From positions 17,856,001-17,920,000 of the forward strand of contig JBHGNT010000015.1 of the NCBI GenBank assembly GCA_043228905.1: a DNA stretch of 64,000 nucleotides. The letters are read 5' to 3'. Shown piece by piece: positions 51,791 through 64,000 of this stretch (its first letter is position 1; each line of letters begins with the position of its first letter). Source of the DNA: Azolla caroliniana (lineage: Eukaryota > Plantae > Polypodiophyta). Made by a program: the position numbers and the translations under genes. The notes beneath the pieces are model-generated. The model ran no database searches, was not told the origin of the DNA, and saw only the letters and a program-made list of their open reading frames with translations.

Positions 51791-53557
51791 TCTTATTCCT
51801 TTCATCTCTTTAAACAAATTTCATCACCATCTATGAGTCATCTTGTAGGTTGAATGAGCATGCTCTATACAAGTTTCATCATCCATGATCTCCCGCAATT
51901 AGATGGTTTGCTTTTGCTTGACATGCCACCGATAAACCACATCGACAATCCGAATTGAAACACCGCCCACATATGTTGGGGGTTTCAAACTCTTCACATG
52001 ATTCTAGTGGGTTGGTAGATGTACCAACTCCACTCACAATACCTAGGGTTATGTTTGACGGGTCGATTAAATCAATTGGCATCAACATTTCAAGCAAACA
52101 TTGCTCAAAGACATCAAGTCATTGTTTACTACCTCTTGGAAGCTAGTAAGACTCTCGTTAAAGGTTTTAAGCTAGGAGATTGGGATGAGCATAATGACAA
52201 AGATATATTGTTCTTAGCCATAACAATACTTACAATTCACCCTTAAAATTCATTCAAACTAAATAGAAAAAGACGAAACTACGTAGGGTTATTGCATAAT
52301 GTTGATTACTACTTGTGACTTACCAACCATAAATAAACAATATATTTAATAAGAGAACCTTTAATATTATATTAAAATTTATATCTTATTATAATATATG
52401 TTATGATAGTACTTTGGTTAAAGCTTAAGATAAAAAATAAGAAGTTGAACGTTTAAATGTTTTGTTTTGTTTAAGAAAATATATTAGTTCTACATCTTTT
52501 TATTTTAAACCAGCAAGTCAATTTCTTCTTAACATTAATTAACATGCATTCAATTATTATCATTATTATAAGATCATCAAACATTGACACATCTTCTATA
52601 CTCTACACATGGTGTATCCACATAAATATTTCTTTACCTTGCTTACTAAATTATCATTACCCGTGGTTGTTCTATGCATACATTTTCACTTTAAGTCTAT
52701 TTTTATATCTAATAATTATGCCATCAAATTTTATTTCACCTTACAAATCCATTTGCAACCAATTGTAGTTTGTCCATTAATTCTAAATTGTCGTATTTCT
52801 TTTGTCAGTTCCATTTACAATATGAAACCTCATAAGAGCATTGGTACAAATACATGATGGGAGATGAGAGGTTATTAAAATAAATTAACACGTCATTTAT
52901 AAAGTGTTGTTTTATCGCGTATGATGGTCATAGTCCTCCGTCTACCACTAAAGTTTGGGCATGATTGGTTATTTCAAAACTCTACCACCACCAATCTCAC
53001 ACCAATGTAATCATTATTGCTAATGCCATATCCATTGGCAACCAATTATAGTTTCTCCATAAACTCTCCACATTAATTCTCAAGTGTCATTTTTCTTTAA
53101 GGCATCCCTTCCCTTTGTGAGCTCCTTTTACAATATGAAACCTTATAAAGACTTCAATCGCTATGAAGAGCGGTGGTACACGGTGAAGTACAATAATAAT
53201 ACATGATGGAAGATGAAGGGTTGTTACTATTATCAATTAGCACTTGGTTTGGTTTGTGAAGCTTGGGAGTTAAAATGCTAAGATGAATTGAATCGACAAA
53301 TTAAATAGTATAGCTTGGATCCTACCAAATTAGTCAACAACGTAATGAGCACAACTTCTATGATATGTCAATTCATGGAGCAATCAACGAAATGAAGAAA
53401 TCGAGTGATGGATATTTAGACATGATTATTGGTAATGGTTTGTTGTTTGATAATAATGCAACTCAGAGATTAATATTAATATGAATTAATTAATTGAGCT
53501 TATGGGTGCATGGATGGAATCCTGATAGTGTATGGAGGGGAATGGAAATAATTCAAA

Positions 53558-53561
<4 letters not shown>

Positions 53562-53621
<60 letters not shown>

Positions 53622-53632
53622 GTGTGTGTGTA
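53562..53632. repeat. Compound microsatellite (CT)n(CA)n(TG)n
   Basis: Seen directly. Confidence 0.95.
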
Positions 53633-54360
53633 TGAATGAAAGCAATCGTGAATATGAACATGAAAAAGAAACCTGCATCCATTCAATTTCATAATTATTT
53701 TTTTGATTGATTTAATCATTTAGTTTTTTTTTTTGTTTGGAGCTTTATCCACAAGTATTGATGCATCCAAACAACCATTACCCAACCTTCTAATATTTGT
53801 TGTTTGGTATTGTAGATGGTAAACTTGTAATAGGATTGGTAGGCATGTCCTTTCGTGGAAAATCTTTGGAAAACATTTTTGGTGATGAACTCAATGATCA
53901 CGTGGTTGGGTCTTATAACCATAATGTATTTGATTTGATCATCTCTAAGCACGTATATTGTATTCACTATTCATATTGAAAGGCTTATCTACAATCGCTT
54001 GTTCACTCTCAAGGGATAGATGAGAGCCATCCACATGACATGTAAGAAACAGATTGTTGGGGTGAGAGACATGATATTTTGGTGCAAATAAATGAATATA
54101 TGAAAAGCATTAACAATACAATAGAATCGATACATCCCATTCCACTGCCTAAGAAACGAAGACATGGGACAATGGAATCGCAAACGAAACAAACAATCTC
54201 GGAGAGGTGTACAAAGGTGGATAATATGGTCAAGATACCAATATGTATACATACTGAGAGACGCACGCACCACATACACACGCCATGCAAACACCGATAT
54301 CCAAGATGATACCACTATACGTATCCTCGGTATCCTTTATTTATTTTTCTACAAATACGA

Positions 54361-54388
54361 GAAGAAGAAGAAGAAGAAGAAGAAGAAG
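54361..54388. repeat. (GAA)n microsatellite downstream of the MOT1 stop
   Basis: Seen directly. Confidence 0.95.
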
Positions 54389-54433
54389 AGTGTGTTGTGT
54401 GTATTCATTTATGGCTGGCACTGGCTCTATGTT

Positions 54434-55846
54434 TTATACTCCACTGTTAGTAGTAGTGGTAGTGATGGTGCCGGTGGTGGAAGATGGGAGGGGTTCACGG
54501 CGGAAGATGGAGCGGAACTTTTCGGAGACAGATGCGGGCGTCATGTCCGGGAGACAGAAGAGGATATGGACCCCCAAAGAGAATGCGAAGCCGATGGCGG
54601 CGCTCGAGGTTGCGATTGACATGGCCGCGGACCCTATCACGACGAAAGAGTCGGCCCTCTTCGTCTGATCCCGGCATGCCATCGCCAGCTCCAATCCCGC
54701 GTAGAAAAGAAGGACCCCGAGAATGCCGACAGGGTAGGCATCCAGCAATTTCACCAATGAGCTCCCGAGGAGAAGGCCCAGCAGGACCTTGAGGCCACCC
54801 AGGAACACGACGGCGGCACCGCTCCTGGCGCCGAACCGCCATTGGCCTGCGAGCCCGCCGGCCCCGTGGCATGCCGGCATGGCCCCGAACCAGCAGCCGA
54901 CAAGATTCATGAGGCCCACGGAGACCGAGACCTTGGTGGTGCTCACCGCGCTCTTCTTGTCGGGGTAGAGATCGCCCGCGAGCTTGCATACGGCCACCAC
55001 GGAATTGAGGACGGAGAGAGGGATCTGTGGAATTGCAGCACGCAAGAAACCTCTGCGCCACTCGCTGGCGGCGATGTGGGAGTAGACGATCGGCTTGGCG
55101 GGGCCGAAGCTGAGCGAGCTGAAGACGCTGGGCTTCCGGATGATGGCGAGCACGAGGCCGACAATGAAAACGATGATGGCTGTGGGGACGCGTTGGAGGC
55201 GACGGCGCCACGCCGACGACGATGGCTGCTTCTCAGTGTCAGTGGTGTCCGTTGGAAGGTCGTGGTCGGGCGGCGGAGGGCCGGATCCGCCCACCACCAC
55301 GATGAAGCAGAACATGAGGAGCGCCACCAGCATGCCGTCCAGCCCTATCCAATCCCTGTTGCCTTTCGTCTTCCCCGTCGTGAAATTCTGGTTCTTCAGC
55401 ACGTATTTCACTCCCGTGATGGCGAAGGAGAGCCCCTGCGACAGCTGGATGCCGCGAACCACGGGCAGCGGCACCAGCCGCTGCACGACGTACATGAGGC
55501 CCGTTGCGCCCAGCCCGAAGAGGAGGGCCGATGTCGTGATCCCGGCCGCCATGATCTCGGAGAGCGTGAGCCGCTCCGAGATGGCAACGGCCGCGATCGT
55601 CTTCATTGGCTGGACGGGCATGGGCACGCCAAAGCCGATGCCGGTGATGATGTTGTAGGCGCCCGTGAAGATGAGCGTGGTGCCGAGGTCGAGGCCGTTG
55701 GCGAGCGCGAGCGCGACCACGATGGGCACGAATGTGCCGAGGTCGCCCAGCGCGCCGCTCATCTCCATCCACACCGACTTGTACGCCATGTTTCCTCGCG
55801 CCTCCGCCACCAGGGCCTTCTTATCCCAACCCCTCTTCATCATCAT
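54434..55846 (-). CDS. MOT1: Molybdate transporter, MOT1 family, 470 aa, intronless
   Basis: Family motifs GALGDLGTFVP, PMPVQPMKTIAAVA, PLPVVRGIQLSQG, QIPLSVLNSV, FGAMPACHGAGGLAGQWRFGARSG; many hydrophobic helices; MOT1 versus MOT2 paralog identity not resolvable. Confidence 0.95.
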   Translation of the reverse strand: MMMKRGWDKKALVAEARGNMAYKSVWMEMSGALGDLGTFVPIVVALALANGLDLGTTLIFTGAYNIITGIGFGVPMPVQPMKTIAAVAISERLTLSEIMAAGITTSALLFGLGATGLMYVVQRLVPLPVVRGIQLSQGLSFAITGVKYVLKNQNFTTGKTKGNRDWIGLDGMLVALLMFCFIVVVGGSGPPPPDHDLPTDTTDTEKQPSSSAWRRRLQRVPTAIIVFIVGLVLAIIRKPSVFSSLSFGPAKPIVYSHIAASEWRRGFLRAAIPQIPLSVLNSVVAVCKLAGDLYPDKKSAVSTTKVSVSVGLMNLVGCWFGAMPACHGAGGLAGQWRFGARSGAAVVFLGGLKVLLGLLLGSSLVKLLDAYPVGILGVLLFYAGLELAMACRDQTKRADSFVVIGSAAMSIATSSAAIGFAFSLGVHILFCLPDMTPASVSEKFRSIFRREPLPSSTTGTITTTTTNSGV

Positions 55847-56399
55847 GTTCTTCTTCTTTGGTTTGTGTTAACTTCCTCTCTTTGCTCTTCCCACAGCCTT
55901 GTTTCTCTCTAAACAAAAAAAAGCAAAAAATAATGTGTTTTGGTTGATGATTGATGATTTGCTGTGAGAAGGGATCCAATTTTCCAAATACAAACACACA
56001 CTTAAATACAGGATCCTCTAGTTGACTTTACTATTCCCATTCCACTCTTTTTTAATCTTTTATTCCTCTTACTTAGTACGTTGTGTACTACCACATATAT
56101 TTTCATTACCCTTTTATGCCGCAAACGTCGTCGGCACATTCGTATCTTCCAAAGTCTCTGGCATTATTAATTACATCACAAATGTGATCGATCGCTCCCT
56201 CTACCGTGTCTAGAATGCCCCGATTCTTAGATTATATTTCATCTTAATATTAGTAAGGCTCTACTAATCTTACATGATCAAAATCTTCATTGGAACTATA
56301 TGCTACATAAATAATTGTCCTATCCATCCTCCTTATTTTTTGTTTATCAAGTTGTATTCCACATTTCTTAACTTGCTTTTTTTTCTTTACCGTTATTGA

Positions 56400-57046
56400 A
56401 TTTTCGAGACCTTGGCCATCAAAGTCACACTAGGAATACTCCACAGACGAGGGGCGGCGATCACACCATGAAATGGCAACGTTGACTTCCGTAGTTATAA
56501 TATTCAAATTTTGTTCATATGAATATTCACACCAACTAGAGTGTTCTTCTTCTTCTTCATTCTTATACATTACACACTTAAAAAAGATCCCTCTTGTGTT
56601 TAAAATCATTAAATATTCTTTACTTTTTCGTGTGACAAATGTCGACACGTTCTTATATTATATTCCCATTAACCGATCTCTCTCTCTCTCTCCCCTCCCC
56701 AGTTGTCCGAAAGGCCATTCTCGGCCATCACACCCCCTACCTATTCTATTCTACAATGCCACGACTCTAACACATACCTCTCTCGCCATTATTTCTCCTT
56801 AAGATTCCTAGGAAAATTCCTAAGACACTACTTGTCTTACTCGTGCAAAGTTTTCCTTCAAATTGTGTTCTTCAAATAAATTACCATCATACTCATGATG
56901 CTTATCATTATGATCACATAGTTGAGTTTCACATTCAACATTGTGTGTTTATTGTTACCAAAATTTCGAGGCCTTGCCATCAAAGTCAAACTAGGAATAC
57001 TCCAGTACAGAAGAGGGGGATCACACAAGTGCCGGCATTGACTTTC
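56400..57046. repeat. ~85-bp imperfect direct repeat upstream of MOT1 (copies at about 56400 and 56962)
   Basis: GCCATCAAAGTCA(C/A)ACTAGGAATACTCCA in both copies. Confidence 0.8.
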
Positions 57047-57189
57047 TTACGATTTGCACAAATGGGAACCTGAGAACATTGGAGTATCTCATTATCCACC
57101 TCCTTGAAAAACCCTAATCGTTTACTTTCATATTTTACCTCTAACTCTAGCCTCCACCAAATATTCACCATCTATATAAAGTGAATTTT

Positions 57190-57192
<3 letters not shown>

Positions 57193-57242
<50 letters not shown>
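57193..57242. repeat. (CA)n microsatellite
   Basis: Seen directly. Confidence 0.95.
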
Positions 57243-57244
<2 letters not shown>

Positions 57245-57484
57245 TATATATATTTTATATAACCAATGGATTACACTCATGGATTATATAACCGAGGGAT
57301 TAACATCTAGAGTGAATGTTCTAACAATACAAATAAAGGATAACCCATTTTTTGGAATTGCAAATATACACCCTAGATGGGTCTCACATTATGCCAACTT
57401 CATTTATTCATCTCACAACATGATTCCAAGTCACTCATATTGGGATGAGAATATACAATAAAACATGGATTTAACTCCATCATG

Positions 57485-57912
57485 TCTCTCCCTATCAAGT
57501 TCTCTCTCTCTCTCTCTCTGCCGTTGCGTTGCGTCTCTCTAACAGCTCTCTCTACCGTTGCGTTGCTGTCGCTGTCGTCGCCGTCGTCTGCAGCCGTTGT
57601 CTGCAGCCGCTGCAACTGTCGCCGTCTGATCTCTCTCTCTCTCTCTCACGTCCTCGTGTCTCTCTGCCGTTGCTGTCGCCGGCTAGTGTCGTCGCCATCG
57701 CCGTCGCCGTCGTCTGCCGTTATCTGCGGCCGTCGCCGTCTGCTACTGTCTGCAGCCGTCTTCTACAGTCTGCAGTCGTCCGCCGTCGTCCACCGTCGTC
57801 CGCCGTCGTCCGTCGTCAGCTGCCATCGTCTGCCGTTTGCTGTTGCCGTCGGCCGTCTGCTGCCGTCGTCTACCGTCGTTTGACGACTACCACCGTCACC
57901 GTCACCGTCACG
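57485..57912 (+). repeat. GC-rich (CGT/CGC/CTG)n low-complexity tract
   Basis: Repeated GCCGTCGTCTGC-like units. Confidence 0.8.
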
Positions 57913-58262
57913 GGGTGTTTCTTCTCCGTTTTCTCTTGATGTGGTGAAGTGCCACTTTCTTGACGAGTTCGTGAGTGGGTTCTTTTAGTGTGCTCGTCGT
58001 GTGCTACAAAATGCCGATGTGATTGCGACATACACACAAACTCGGCTAAGTCTCGAAACTATTTATTTTACCTTTTTTTTCTTATTGACACCACAATGAC
58101 GTCTAGACGGACTAAGGAACATAAGGATATACAAGACGAGGCTATAAGTAAGGAGGACTTTTTAGATATGTTTAATCGTTTAACAAAAATAGAGATGGAT
58201 ATGAAAAAATGGGTGAAAGACACCGAAACCCACAAGAAAAAAGATAGAGAGGAAAAAGACGC

Positions 58263-61200
58263 TGTTGAGCGGCAAGCTCAACCGGAGCCGGATCGGCTGA
58301 ATAAGCTGTAGCCGGTAAGCGAGATGGATCGGGCGAAACGGATCGGTATGACGGTGAGCAACCGAACCGGCAAGCAGTGGTGGCCGGGTGCAATCCATAA
58401 CCGGAAGTCCAATCGGAAGCCTAGTATAGGATAGACTACTAGGTAGCTATAGTCTCGTAGTAAGTGTCAGATGATCGTGTGAGCACTGAAGTACATGGTA
58501 CTTCTGTCAGTCCCAAGAGGACTTGTATAAATAGTGCTACTTAGCACAGTGTGTAGACAAAGTCTTGATATAATTTTGAAATTGTGTTCTGCTGTGTGTG
58601 TGTGTGTGTGTGTGTGTGTTGTTCTCTGTTTTACGCTTCCGCAAACACTTACGTTTACATGGTATCAGAGCGCGAGGGTTGAGAACCTCTGCTGTAGACA
58701 TTTACTCTTGAGAAGAAAACCCTAACAGGTCGAAAACAGACACAGTAGAAGACATGGATAAAGGCATGGCTACGTCGCTCTCGGTGGAAAAGCTCGACAG
58801 GAGCAACTACGCATCCTGGTCTTACGAGATGCACCAGTACCTGCTTGGACACGGGTACTGGAGTTATGTCGAAGGAGCGAATGATGCGGCGCCAGACTCG
58901 ACACACAAGGACTTCTCGGTATGGGAACAAGCGGCAAGCAGGGTGATGTACTGCTTCGCATCCAGTGTCGGCGATCAGCTGCTCAGCCACATCCGTGACG
59001 CCAAGACACCGAAGGATGCTTGGGGGAACCTGAAAAAGGTTTTCGCCGCAAGCACCAGTGCCCGGAAGCTGCAACTCAGACAGGAGTTGAGCAATGTTCG
59101 ACAGAAGAACATGTCCATGGTAGACTACACGGGCCGGATAAAGGAGATTTGCGACTCACTCGCCTCTATCAATGTTACCGTAGAGGAAGACGAGATGGTG
59201 CAGGTATGTCTCGGAGGCCTGACGTCCAAGTTCGGAGCGTTCCAGACTGCGGTGTGTACAAGGGAGAATACCCCCTCATTCTTCGACTTACAATCGATGC
59301 TCCTTGTAGAGGAGAACCACGTCGGTGCATCTACCAGTGCATCCCCGGACAGCCGAATGCTGTACACGAGAACGGATCGGTTCCGTGGGCGTGGTGGAAG
59401 AGGTGGGTTGGCACGCAATGGAGGCGGCCGGCAAGAGCAGGAACGAAGGCACTATGAGCGTGCCGACAGCAGTTCTGGGACTTCCACAAGCAGGGGGAGT
59501 CAAGGCGGTGCCGGAGGCCGGCAAGACAAATCTGCTACGGAATGCTGGTACTGTGGCAAAAAAGGCCACAGGGAAAGCGAGTGCTGGAGAAAGTGTGCCG
59601 ATTCAGACAGATCCGGATCCGGCAAGACCGGTAAGGATGGCCGACAAAACTCGCACTACGCAAACGGATCAGGAGGATCCGGAACCGGAAAGGCCGGTAA
59701 GGGGCCAGCCTTGGTGATGAATCACAAGGCAAACTCAATGAAGAAGACCACTTCCAAAACGGAGGAAGTGTGTTATGTTGATTCCGGCGCGTCGAACCAC
59801 ATGACGAGCCACAAAGAGTGGTTCTCCTTTCTGGAGAAACTGGATCAACCAGGAGTAGTCGAAATTGGAGACGACACTCCTCACCCAATCGTGCACGTCG
59901 AAGAAGTCCCTCTAAGCCACGTCGGACAGAAAGGGAAGCTGATGAACGTATTACACGTTCCGACAATCACGAAGAACCTGGTGTCCGTCAGTCAGATTGT
60001 CGACCTGGGGATGCACGTGCGGTTTACGCACCTTGGGTGCTTCATTGAGGATGAGGGCGAAGTCATTGCGCAAGGGCGCAGAGACGGGAGGATGTTTATC
60101 CTCAACACCAATGACTTAGGCACCGCTCTGTTCGCGGAACGACAGAAGGTCGAGTTGGACATCGACCTGTGGCACAAGCGGATAGGCCACGTCAACTACC
60201 GGAGGCTTCAAGATCTGCAAACGAAACATGTCATTTTCGGTTTGCCGAAGTTCAACGGCCGGAGAGCCGAAATTTGTGAAGCCTGCCAACTTGGGAAGCA
60301 ACACCGGCTTCCATCCCCCACCGAATGGAACCGGAGCCGTAACAAGCTCGATCTCATCCATTCGGATGTGTGGGGACCAGCACAAAGTGTAAGCCTTGGC
60401 GGGAGCCGGTACTTCGTCTCCTTCATCGACAACTATACTCGACATACTTGGATCTACCTCATTGAGCGGAAGAGCGAAGTCTTCGACTGTTTCCGGAGCC
60501 TCCAGAAGATGGTGGAACGGGAATCGGAGAGGAAGATCAAATGCCTTCGGTCGGATGGCGGAAAGGAATATTTTTCCGGCCAATTCACTAGTTATCTGCA
60601 GCAGAAGGGAATTCGGCGAGAGTTCAGCTGCAGATACACATCGGAGCAAAACGGTGTGGCCGAAAGGAAGAACCGAACACTCGTCGAAGCGGCAAGGACA
60701 ATGCTGGAGGAGAAGAGCATGCCCCGGTTCTACTGGGCGGAGGCGGTCCAGACGACCGTCTACATACAAAACCGCATTGGTGACAAGGTGTCAGCTCATG
60801 AGCTATATTTCGGGCGCAAGCCGAACTTAAGACACCTTCGGATATTCGGCAGCATAGCGTATGTGCATGTGCCGGATCAGAAGCGGAGAAAGCTGGATGC
60901 AAAATCGGAAAAATGCATCCTAGTCGGCTATGCTCAAGAGCAAAAGGGGTATAAGTGCTATAACCCCCGGATGAAGGAAGTCCGAGTTAGCCGGGATGTC
61001 GAGTTCGATGAATCGGCATCTTGGTACTCCGTACCGACTCTGACTTCCGATCCCGACCCAATGCCGGAAGATCAGGCCAATGAGCCTGAATTAGCCCTGG
61101 CAGAGGATGATGAAGCCGGGACTCAAGATGAGAGTCCAGAATCGTTACGGTTGAGTGGACCGAACGAGCGACTGAGTCGGTTGGACCAGTCGGATGAAGA

Positions 61201-64000
61201 GACGGTAAGTGGTGGAGACTCTGCCGTGCTCTCCCCGCGCAAGGCACCGAGGAAACGGTTCACGCGCAAAGAGAAGGGGAAGAGGAAGATGCAGGTATTC
61301 GAAACCGGCAACGATGAGTCGGATCGGTGCGTATCCGACTCCGAAAAGGAGAAAGGCGGATCTTCGGCAACGAAGACCGAACTGTCCAAGAAGGGCCTCA
61401 AATCAGGTGACGGTGCGTTGCGCCGATTAACCCGCCAGAAGGATCCCGTCATGCGGTACGGTTACAATGAATACATGGCGCATCATTATGCGTACATGAC
61501 TAAGGTGACAGAAGTGCGTGAGCCGGAGAGCTACGCAGAAGCGGCAAAGGACGCAAATTGGCGTGCCGCTATGGACGAAGAAATGCGGGCACTCGATGCC
61601 AACGAAACTTGGGACCTAGTTGATCCTCCCGTCACTGTAAACCGATCGGATGCAAGTGGGTGTACAAGGTCAAGTACAACGCCGACGGTTCTGTTAACCG
61701 ATACAAAGCCCGGTTAGTGGCGAAGGGATACGCGCAGACCCACGGAATCGACTACGACGAGACCTTCGCTCCTGTGGCGAAGATGACGACGGTTCGTGTG
61801 GTATTGGCGGTTGCTGCGGCAAGGGGGTGGCATCTTCACCAGATGGATGTGAAGAACGCCTTCCTTCAAGGAGAGCTTGAAGAAGAAGTCTTTATGACTC
61901 AGCCCTCGGATTTCACTCGGAGATGAACAAGTCGGCGGTATGCCGACTGAAGAAGTCGCTTTACGGCTTGAAGCAAGCCCCCCGAGCTTGGAACGCGAAG
62001 ATCACGCACCTGTTGCGTAAGCTGGGGTTTGCTGTCTCTAAGTCGGACTCTTCGTTATTCATCCGGCAAGGCTCTAACGGTCCGGTATGTATACTCTTGT
62101 ATGTGGATGATTTAGTCATCACCGGACCGGGTCTTCCCGAAATCAACCGCGTCAAGTCCCAGTTGTCGGACGCATTCGAAATGAAGGACCTGGGGGACCT
62201 TCATTATTTTCTTGAGATCGAAGTGATCCGGACCCCCGACGACATATTGCTCTCACAACGACATTACGTGTTGAATATGCTGTATAAGTTCGGCATGACA
62301 GATTGCCGACCTGTCTCCACACCCCTGGACCGGAACCAGAAGCTCCGTCCCAACTCTAGACCGGCCTGCAATGAGAAACGGTTCCGACAGGTTGTCGGAA
62401 GCCTGATCTACTTAACCATCACCCGACCCGACATCAGCTATCCGGTCGGCATGGTAAGTCAGTTCATGCAGAAGCCAACCATGGAGCACCTTCAGTGTGC
62501 GCAACGAATATTACAGTATGTCAGCGGCACTAAGGACCGGGGACTGCTATACCGGCGAGGTATACCCGAAGAGCTTGTCGGTTACACCGATGCTGACTGG
62601 GCTGGCGATGCGTCTGATCGCCGCTCCACTTCCGGCTACATGTTCTCCATAGGTAGCGCGACCGTTGCGTGGAGCAGCAAGAAGCAGCCCACAGTGGCTT
62701 TGTCAAGCACTAAGGCTGAGTACCGGGCCGCTACCGTAGCCACTTGTGAAGCCATCTGGCTTCGGCGACTGTTGCGAGACTTGCGGATCGAGGTACCGAC
62801 CCCGATCCCGATTTACTGCGATAACATGAGCAGCCTGCAGCTCGCCAGGAACCCTGTGTTCCATGCTCGCACAAAGCACATCGAGGTGCACTACCACTTT
62901 GTGCGTGAGCGGGTCCTGAGCGGTGAAGTTGACCTACGGTATGTTCATACGGATCGGCAAGTTGCCGACATCTTCACCAAGCCGCTCGGATCGGACAAGT
63001 TGGAGCACTTTACTGACATGCTTGGTATTCAGCATCTCGACGTGCCGCACTTGAGGGGGAGAAGCAAGGGCAAAGTCTCTACCGAAACTGGCAAAGACAA
63101 AAAACCTGTTGAACCCGTCGGTAAGAGGAGAGCCGGAAGAAGAGGAGACAAGAAGATGAAGGAAGCCGAGTCGACGAAGGAAGTCGACACATCTGAACAG
63201 GTCGGAGCAAGCGGTTGTGAAGAAGAGTTGTGCACTCAGGAAGAGAAGTGCATGCTGTGCGGAGGTCATCACGACGGTACTGACCATGATGCGGAGTCGA
63301 ATGAAGAATTCGATTTCGGTACACCGGCTGAAGAAGCCGAGGGAAGCATGGAGAAGGCCAAGACTCGGAAGTGGTCCGATGTGGTGAGAGGCCTGAAGCC
63401 GGAAGTTGAATTGGAGTGTACCGATTCGGACAAGAGCTGGAACGAGTCGGAGACAGCTGACTCGGATCAATAGATGGACCCGGATGAGTCGGATCGACTG
63501 AAGGCCAAGGGGACACGGGCACAGCGGAAGTTGATGCCATCATGGGAGAACCGACGGATCGGCAAGCGCCGGAGTCACAGCAACGTGAGTGCTGAGATGG
63601 GCCTATTGAGCAGACATGCTGACCGAGAGGGTCGAGGCGCGCAGAACCGAGAGGGTCGCGGCAAACGGGACCGGACCGGACGAGGAGCGCGAGCAAGGCG
63701 TAGTGACGTCAGGAGAAGTCGGTTGGAAGAACTGACTGCCACAGAGGTCGACACTACGACCCCACCTCAGGTTGAGCTTGAGGGGGAGTGTTGAGCGACA
63801 AGCTCAACCGGAGCCGGATCGGCTGAATAAGCCGGAGCCGGTAAGCGAGACGGATCGGGCGAAACGGATCGGTATGACGGTGAGCAACCGAACCGGCAAG
63901 CAGTGGAGGCCGGGTGCAATCCGTAACCGGAAGTCCAATCGGAAGCCTAGTATAGGATAGACTACTAGGTAGCTATAGTCTCGTAGTAAGTGTCAGATGA
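58263..64000 (+). mobile_element. Near-complete Ty1/copia element D (3' LTR runs off the window)
   Basis: 5' LTR 58263-58659, PBS TGGTATCAGAGC 58660-58671, order gag-PR-IN-RT-RH, PPT 63780-63788, 3' LTR from 63789; about 6 differences in 212 comparable LTR bases. Confidence 0.97.
58754..63473 (+). pseudogene. Copia Gag-Pol with two frameshifts (about 61630 and 61915)
   Basis: CWYCGKKGHRESEC, YVDSGAS, HSDVWGP/RSDGG/VAER integrase, YVDD RT, DADWAG RNase H. Confidence 0.93.

Noticed and set aside
54484-55912. Overlapping and antisense ORFs at MOT1
   Set aside because: Expected by-product of high GC codon bias; no recognisable motifs
57482-57939. ORFs of 133-136 aa
   Set aside because: Translations of low-complexity repeats

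Overview
Eukaryotic land-plant nuclear DNA; a seed-free plant such as a fern is my guess from the element types, not something the sequence proves. About two thirds is nested transposable elements. There are two host genes, both on the minus strand: a 14-exon PCH2/TRIP13 AAA+ ATPase (38388-48160) and an intronless MOT1-family molybdate transporter (54434-55846). The TEs are several copies of one Ty1/copia family (one near-complete at 58263-64000), a young chromodomain Ty3/gypsy with apparently identical LTRs (13726-20842) inserted in an L1-type LINE, solo LTRs, a hAT MITE and a CACTA-like terminus. The most notable object is a 5'-truncated Penelope-like retroelement (26443-28888, minus). It has a 12-bp TSD, a short A-tail, no C-terminal GIY-YIG and a minimal type I hammerhead ribozyme in its 3' UTR, and it is inserted in frame into a copia pol. 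Also notable is a CACTA-like end carrying a 31-bp-phased array of 23-bp palindromes upstream of an unrecognised decayed ORF. All coordinates were read by eye.
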